From an uncultured Methanosarcinales archaeon (GTDB lineage Archaea > Nanobdellota > Nanobdellia > Woesearchaeales > JACPBV01), in contig CAZNZT010000005.1 of NCBI GenBank assembly GCA_964577685.1, positions 4,185-68,184 on the forward strand: DNA of 64,000 bases. The letters are read 5' to 3'. The position numbers and the translations under genes were made by a program. This document shows, piece by piece, positions 58,465-64,000 of the stretch. Position 1 is the first letter of the stretch. Every line of letters starts with the position of its first letter. The notes under the pieces are model-generated. The model was not told the origin of the DNA, ran no database searches, and worked only from the letters and a program-made list of their open reading frames with translations.

Positions 58465-59904
58465 TCAATCAGCCTCCAAAAAGAGCCTAAATTGTTCTTT
58501 GGCTTGGTTTATGAACATGCTATAGCCACTTATTGTAATTAGACCTAGTTTTTCAGCGTCTTTTAAAAGTTTTGTTTTTTTAGGGTTATAAACGGAATCA
58601 AATATGACAGAACCTCTTTTTGTTATTTTTCTCAGAATTTTTTTATTTATAGGTGTTTCTTCAATTTTTGGGAACATTCCCAAAGAGGTTGCATTTATTA
58701 CAACATCAATCTCCCTTAGAGATATTAAATCATCCAAGCTACCCCATAAACAATTTAACTCTTTAGCAAGCTTCTTTGCTTTGCTAACTGTTCTGTTCAA
58801 AATAATGAGATTACCTTTATTCTTAACAATACCATAGGCTATTGCTCTGGCTACACCTCCAGCCCCAATTATCAAAATGTTCTTGTCTTCTATTTTGGTT
58901 TTTGAGAGAATTGCTTTTATTGCTCCTATCATGTCAGTATTATAACCGATAAGCTTATTATTTTTTTTAATCACGGTATTAACTGCTCCAATCTTCTTAG
59001 CTGTTGGTTCTATTTTGTCCAGATACCTTATTATTCTACTTTTAAATGGGATAGTAATACTTAGACCACTAACCATAGATTTGTAATTTTTAAGGAAAGA
59101 ATTGAGATTATCAACTAAAAAATTTAAATAAATATAATTCAAATGAAGCTTTTTAAATCTTGTATTGTGGAGTATAAAGCCTTTGCTATGTTCTACTGGA
59201 TTTCCAACCAAACCAAATATTTTTGGGTCTTTCAATTTTTTTACTCTGTAAATATTCTTTAAAGTGTTAACATCAACTTGTCCAGGTGCTGATTCCATTC
59301 CTTTCTCCAATGAAGCAAAAGTTAAATATGCACCCATAGGTACACTCAGAATTCTGCTTATCTCCCCCAGTTTGCCCATACAAAAAGAGATTATCTTTGT
59401 GTTATCACTATTTGCTTTTCTTATTAAGTCAAACATATTTTTGTTGTCATCTATTGAGTTCGCAAATGTTACTATCTTTATAATATCTGGATTCAAGGAT
59501 TTTATTTTTCTGTATTTGGTTAGTATTTCTTCTCTATTTGTATTTCTGAAGTTATGGTAAGACACTATTATCTTTGTTTTTCTCTTTGATTTTATTAATT
59601 GCTTGATTGTTTCAGTTCCTGTTGATAATTCCATATCAATAAAATCCACATTAAGGTCCATCGCTTTTTTAAAAAATTCTATCCTCTTACTCTCCATTAT
59701 TTTGTGCTTTCCGCCTTCTTCTTTTTTTCTTATTGTGACTATAAGCGGTTTTGTTTTATTTAGTATCAATTTTTCTAGAATATTAGGAGTAAGGTTCTTC
59801 AAATAATCAAGTCTTAGCTCTATTATATCTGCGTACCTGCTTGCTTTTTTTATAGATTTAACTGCTTGTTTTAAGTTATAAGCTATTATGGGTACTGCAA
59901 TCAT
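58465..59904 (-). CDS. aroDE: Type I dehydroquinate dehydratase - shikimate dehydrogenase fusion
   Basis: IELRLD, SYHNF, SAPGQ; then GNPVEHS, SITIPFK, GAVNT, NTD and GAGGVA motifs. Confidence 0.92.
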   Translation of the reverse strand: MIAVPIIAYNLKQAVKSIKKASRYADIIELRLDYLKNLTPNILEKLILNKTKPLIVTIRKKEEGGKHKIMESKRIEFFKKAMDLNVDFIDMELSTGTETIKQLIKSKRKTKIIVSYHNFRNTNREEILTKYRKIKSLNPDIIKIVTFANSIDDNKNMFDLIRKANSDNTKIISFCMGKLGEISRILSVPMGAYLTFASLEKGMESAPGQVDVNTLKNIYRVKKLKDPKIFGLVGNPVEHSKGFILHNTRFKKLHLNYIYLNFLVDNLNSFLKNYKSMVSGLSITIPFKSRIIRYLDKIEPTAKKIGAVNTVIKKNNKLIGYNTDMIGAIKAILSKTKIEDKNILIIGAGGVARAIAYGIVKNKGNLIILNRTVSKAKKLAKELNCLWGSLDDLISLREIDVVINATSLGMFPKIEETPINKKILRKITKRGSVIFDSVYNPKKTKLLKDAEKLGLITISGYSMFINQAKEQFRLFLEAD

Positions 59905-60992
59905 CTGCTTTCCTTTAGTGCCCCCCAAATTATTTTTTTTGGTACCTTTATGCCAAATTTTGCTTTTCCTATTTTTTCTAATAACACAAACTCTATTTCT
60001 CTACCAACGTTTTTTTTGTCTTTTTTTAACTGTTCAATGAATTCCCTGATATCAATATTAGGTAATTTTTTAACTAATCCTGCCCTAAATAAGAGGTTAT
60101 TCTGTCTGTGCAATTCTTTTTTGGATAGCGATCCAATTTTGTTTGATATAAGCCCTTCTACTAGCATACCAATAGCAACTGCTTCTCCATGAGAATACTT
60201 TTTATAATGCGTTAATGTTTCCAGTGCATGTCCTATTGTATGACCATAATTTAACACTTTTCTAAAGCCTTTTTCTTTTTCATCTTTCATTACAATATCT
60301 GCCTTTATCTCACAACTTCTCTTTATTAATCGGATTAAGATGTTTTTATCTTTATTTAGTATCCTATCAAGATTTTTTTCTATAAAGTCAAATAGTTTTT
60401 TATCTTTTATGAGGGCATGCTTTATTATTTCAGTCAGTCCATTCCTCATTTCTTTTATTGGTAATGGTCCTAAAAGGCAAATATCTATGTAAACCCTCTT
60501 CGGCTGATAAAAAGCACCGACTAGATTCTTTCCTTCTGGCAAATCAATGGCTACCTTGCCCCCTATAGAGCTATCTACCATGGCTAAAAGAGAGGTAGGA
60601 ATGTGCACATAGTTAATGCCCCGCATATATGTGGCTGCTATAAATCCCGAAATGTCACCTACAACCCCCCCACCTAAGGAGATAATCGCTGATTTTCTGT
60701 CTAACCCAAAAGAGACAATTTTTCTCATAAGCTTCTTAAAAACCAGTAGATTCTTGTTTTTTTCTCCAGATTCAATTGATAGAAGATACGAATTAATCCC
60801 CTTTTTTTTCATCAATCTAAGAAATGTTTCTCCAAATAATTTCTTAGTATTAGAATCGGTTATTATCACATATTTATTACCTAATTCATTCTTTTTTAGG
60901 TCTAATGGAATCCTATTGAGTATACCATTATCTATTAAAATATCATATGAATTGTCTATCTGTTTTTTTAAATTCAAATGAACTTTTTCCAT
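59901..60992 (-). CDS. aroB: 3-dehydroquinate synthase (bacterial type)
   Basis: GGGVVGD, PTSLLAMVDSSIGGK, KNLVGAFYQP and LNYGHTIGHALE motifs. Confidence 0.95.
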   Translation of the reverse strand: MEKVHLNLKKQIDNSYDILIDNGILNRIPLDLKKNELGNKYVIITDSNTKKLFGETFLRLMKKKGINSYLLSIESGEKNKNLLVFKKLMRKIVSFGLDRKSAIISLGGGVVGDISGFIAATYMRGINYVHIPTSLLAMVDSSIGGKVAIDLPEGKNLVGAFYQPKRVYIDICLLGPLPIKEMRNGLTEIIKHALIKDKKLFDFIEKNLDRILNKDKNILIRLIKRSCEIKADIVMKDEKEKGFRKVLNYGHTIGHALETLTHYKKYSHGEAVAIGMLVEGLISNKIGSLSKKELHRQNNLLFRAGLVKKLPNIDIREFIEQLKKDKKNVGREIEFVLLEKIGKAKFGIKVPKKIIWGALKESR

Positions 60993-60994
60993 AT

Positions 60995-62008
60995 TTATAA
61001 TCTCCTTCCAACAGCTCTTGCAATTAGTTTTAATTCTTCCATTAATTTCAAAAAGTTTTTTGGTGTAAGGCTCTGAGCTCCATCTGACGCTGCTTCCTCT
61101 GGTTTGGGATGTACTTCTACCAATAAGCCATCTGCACCAGCAGCAATAGCTGCTTTACTCATTGGAGCAACCAAATCATACCTGCCTGTTCCGTGACTTG
61201 GATCAACGATAACCGGCAAATGTGTTTCTCTCTTTAGAGCAGGGACTATGTTTAGGTCAAGTGTATTCCTTGTGTACTCACAAAAAGTGCGTATACCTCT
61301 CTCACATAGAATAATGTTGTGGTTTCCTTCAGCCATTATGTATTCTGCTGCCATTAGGAATTCTTTGAGGGTTGCTGCTAATCCTCTCTTTAATAAAACA
61401 GGGGTGTTGACTTTACCAACAGCTCTTAGTAGATCAAAGTTCTGCATATTTCTTGTTCCTATCTGCAAGATATCTGCATAATCAGATACAAGTGGAACAT
61501 CTGCTGTATCCATTACTTCGGTTACAATAGGCAATCCAGTAATTTTCCTTGCTTTTGCCATTAATTTAAGGCCCTCCTCTCCCATTCCCTGAAATGAATA
61601 TGGAGAGGTTCTTGGTTTAAAGGCGCCACCCCTAAGAAGTTTTGCTCCAGCTTTTTTAACAGCTTTAGCTGTTTCAATAATCTGTTTTTCACTTTCAATA
61701 GCACAAGGACCAGCCATGATTATTATTTCATTACCGCCTATCTTCACGCCTCTAACTTTTATAATAGTATCTTCCTTTTTAAACTCCCTAGAAACAAGTT
61801 TATAGGGTTTAAGGATTGGTAGGACCTTTTCAACAACAGGCATTGCCTTAAGCTGATCTGCTTTTAATAATGACTCATCACCTATAGCACCAACAATTGT
61901 TCTCTCTATACCCCTTGAAATATGTGGTTTAAGGCCCATCTTTTTTATTTTTTGTACAACAAGGTCTATATCTTTCTTGGTTGCTTTGGCTTTTAGCACA
62001 ACTATCAT
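60995..62008 (-). CDS. aroF: DAHP synthase type I-beta with N-terminal regulatory domain
   Basis: AGPCAIES, RGGAFKPRTSPYSFQG, QIGTRNMQNF and DPSHGTG motifs. Confidence 0.95.
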   Translation of the reverse strand: MIVVLKAKATKKDIDLVVQKIKKMGLKPHISRGIERTIVGAIGDESLLKADQLKAMPVVEKVLPILKPYKLVSREFKKEDTIIKVRGVKIGGNEIIIMAGPCAIESEKQIIETAKAVKKAGAKLLRGGAFKPRTSPYSFQGMGEEGLKLMAKARKITGLPIVTEVMDTADVPLVSDYADILQIGTRNMQNFDLLRAVGKVNTPVLLKRGLAATLKEFLMAAEYIMAEGNHNIILCERGIRTFCEYTRNTLDLNIVPALKRETHLPVIVDPSHGTGRYDLVAPMSKAAIAAGADGLLVEVHPKPEEAASDGAQSLTPKNFLKLMEELKLIARAVGRRL

Positions 62009-62958
62009 TTTTGAACCTCCTTATCCTTATATCTTAATAGAGATTTTACTTTAGCAATTATGTTGTCCTTGGTTAAACCATATTTTTTATAAAGTTCTTT
62101 TGGTTTTCCAGATTCACCAAATCTATCATTAACCCCAATCATACAGATTCTTATAGGATAATTCTTAATAAGAACTTCTGCAACTGCAGAACCAAGGCCC
62201 CCTATTATATTGTGGTCTTCAGCGGTTATTATTGCCTTGGTTTCTTTTGCGGCTTTAATTATTATTTCTTGGTCTATTGGTTTTATTGTATGGATATTTA
62301 TAACCCTAGCTGAAATGTTCTCTCTTTTTAACTCATCATGGGCTTTTAATGCTTCATGAACTAAAGCTCCTGAAGCGATTATTGCAACATCATTTCCTGG
62401 CTTCAAAAGAACCCCCTTACCTATCTTGAATACGTAGTCTTCTTTATTGATTATTGGTAATTTCTCCCTTAATAAGCGTAGATAAACCGGACCTTTGTGT
62501 TTTGCTATTGATTTGGTTGCTTTCTTTGCCTCTATAAAATCGCAAGGTTGTATTACAGTCATTCCAGGGATTCCCCTCATCAAAGAAATATCCTCTAACG
62601 ACTGATGAGATGCACCATCCTCTCCTGTTAATAGCCCTGCATGAGAGCCTACTATCTTTATATTTAAATTTGAGATTCCAGCGTTTAATCTAATCTGACC
62701 ATATGCTCTTCCTGTTATAAATACCGCAAAGCTTGAAGCAAAAGGTATTTTTCCTGATGCTGCCAAACCTGCTGCAGTAGCTATTAAATTTTGTTCTGCT
62801 ATTCCAACATTAAAAAATCGCTCTGGATATTTTTTCTTGAACTTTTCGGACCTTGTTGATTTTGATAAATCTGCATCAAGGACCACAACCCTTTTATCTT
62901 CTCCAAGTTCTAGTAACGCCTCTCCATAGCCATCTCTTGTTGCTTTTAACTCGTTCAT
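62005..62958 (-). CDS. Transketolase C-terminal subunit
   Basis: DADLSKST, GIAEQN, GEDGASHQ and EDH...GGLG motifs. Confidence 0.93.
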   Translation of the reverse strand: MNELKATRDGYGEALLELGEDKRVVVLDADLSKSTRSEKFKKKYPERFFNVGIAEQNLIATAAGLAASGKIPFASSFAVFITGRAYGQIRLNAGISNLNIKIVGSHAGLLTGEDGASHQSLEDISLMRGIPGMTVIQPCDFIEAKKATKSIAKHKGPVYLRLLREKLPIINKEDYVFKIGKGVLLKPGNDVAIIASGALVHEALKAHDELKRENISARVINIHTIKPIDQEIIIKAAKETKAIITAEDHNIIGGLGSAVAEVLIKNYPIRICMIGVNDRFGESGKPKELYKKYGLTKDNIIAKVKSLLRYKDKEVQK

Positions 62959-63794
62959 TTCAGAGTTCTAAGTACCTCCTTTAATTGTTCTCTTGTTAGA
63001 GCTTTACCATGCCATTCAAGTTTATTTTCCATAGAAGGGACTCCCTTACATTTTATTGTGTTTGCAATGATCACCTTTGGTTTTTCTTTTACGAGTTCTA
63101 CCTCTTCAAAGGCTGTTATTATTTCATTAAAGTTATGTCCATCTATTTCTATTGTGTACCAACCAAAAGATTTGAATTTATCTCTTATTGGCTCTATGTC
63201 CATAACTTCTTTTGTCGTACCATCTATTTGCAATTTATTCTTATCAAGAATAGTTATTAAATTATCTAGCTTATAGTGAGATGAAAACATAGCAGCTTCC
63301 CAAATGTTACCCTCTTGTACCTCACCATCGCCAAGCAGAACATAAACTTTGTAGTTTCTTTTATCTAACTTACCTGCTAATGCTATACCACTGGCAAAAC
63401 TTAGTCCTTGACCAAGTGGTCCGGTGGAAGCTTCTACACCTGGACATCTCGTACTTTCTGGATGACCTTGCAAAAAAGAACCCAGTTTTCTTAGACTCTT
63501 TAATTTACTAATAGGAAAATAACCACTTCTTGCTAAGCATGAATAGAGAGCTGGACATGCATGACCCTTGCTCAGGATGAACCTATCCCTATTGGGCCAA
63601 TCTGGCCTTTTGGGGTTGTGCCTTAATTTATAAAAATATAATGTTACGAGAATATCAGTAGCAGACAAACTACCTCCTGGATGTCCTGAACCTGCTTCTG
63701 TAGTCATCTCTAAGATATCCCTTCTTACTTCTAGTGCTATCTTTTCAAGCTTTTTTATTATATTTTTTCTCATTTCTTTGGTTTTTTTAATCAT
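62955..63794 (-). CDS. Transketolase N-terminal subunit
   Basis: SGHPGGSLS, LSKGHA, LQGHP and GDGEVQEG motifs. Confidence 0.93.
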   Translation of the reverse strand: MIKKTKEMRKNIIKKLEKIALEVRRDILEMTTEAGSGHPGGSLSATDILVTLYFYKLRHNPKRPDWPNRDRFILSKGHACPALYSCLARSGYFPISKLKSLRKLGSFLQGHPESTRCPGVEASTGPLGQGLSFASGIALAGKLDKRNYKVYVLLGDGEVQEGNIWEAAMFSSHYKLDNLITILDKNKLQIDGTTKEVMDIEPIRDKFKSFGWYTIEIDGHNFNEIITAFEEVELVKEKPKVIIANTIKCKGVPSMENKLEWHGKALTREQLKEVLRTLK

Positions 63795-63871
63795 TCATTA
63801 TTTTTAAACTTTGTGTCTTAAAAATTTTTAGAGCATTTAAAAAGAACCAAAAAGGAAAAATGAGATAGTAT

Positions 63872-63943
63872 TTAGTAAATAAAGTAAAAAAACAAGAACA
63901 TAAAGAATTCCTTAAAAACAAACCAACTCTGGTGTTTAGGCAT
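63872..63943 (-). CDS. Putative aromatic leader peptide (MPKHQSWFVFKEFFMFLFFYFIY)
   Basis: Hand-translated 23-codon ORF with 8 Phe, 2 Tyr and 1 Trp, directly upstream of the tkt-aro operon. Confidence 0.62.
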   Translation of the reverse strand: MPKHQSWFVFKEFFMFLFFYFIY

Positions 63944-63950
63944 TTTTAGG

Positions 63951-63998
63951 TTACTTAACGGGCTTCATATTCTTCCAGGCTACTTCAAACAGATTATC
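63951..63998 (-). CDS. Possible 3' end of an upstream gene (...DNLFEVAWKNMKPVK*)
   Basis: Open frame running in from the window edge to TAA at 63951-63953; too short to identify. Confidence 0.35.
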   Translation of the reverse strand, partial: DNLFEVAWKNMKPVK

Positions 63999-64000
63999 TA

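Overview
This is an AT-rich, gene-dense archaeal chromosomal segment (TFS, Hjc, Fen1, RFC, PAN, EndA, pelota, archaeal PheRS/TyrRS). Gene repertoire and lineage-typical hypotheticals suggest DPANN/Woesearchaeota, which is an inference. I found no rRNA, tRNA, CRISPR array or mobile element. Main highlights: (1) An 11-gene operon (13135-23259): fabZ, two SCP2-type thiolases flanking a DUF35-DUF362 fusion, fabG, bcd-etfBA, two plsC-type acyltransferases and gpsA. It reads as an ACP-free, CoA-based fatty-acyl synthesis route coupled to bacterial-type sn-glycerol-3-phosphate ester lipid assembly in an archaeon. (2) Two short unannotated leader ORFs whose codons match the downstream pathway: an Ile/Val-rich peptide before cimA and a Phe/Tyr/Trp-rich peptide before a tkt-aro-tyrA-pheA-pheST operon. 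Together they suggest ribosome-mediated attenuation in an archaeon. (3) An aroC gene that apparently starts at AUU. (4) A candidate C/D-box sRNA whose guide fits the 23S A-loop (U2552). (5) A riboflavin operon with an embedded metallophosphoesterase, a peptidase/PAN cluster, and a paralogous lipoprotein/pilin-like surface cluster.
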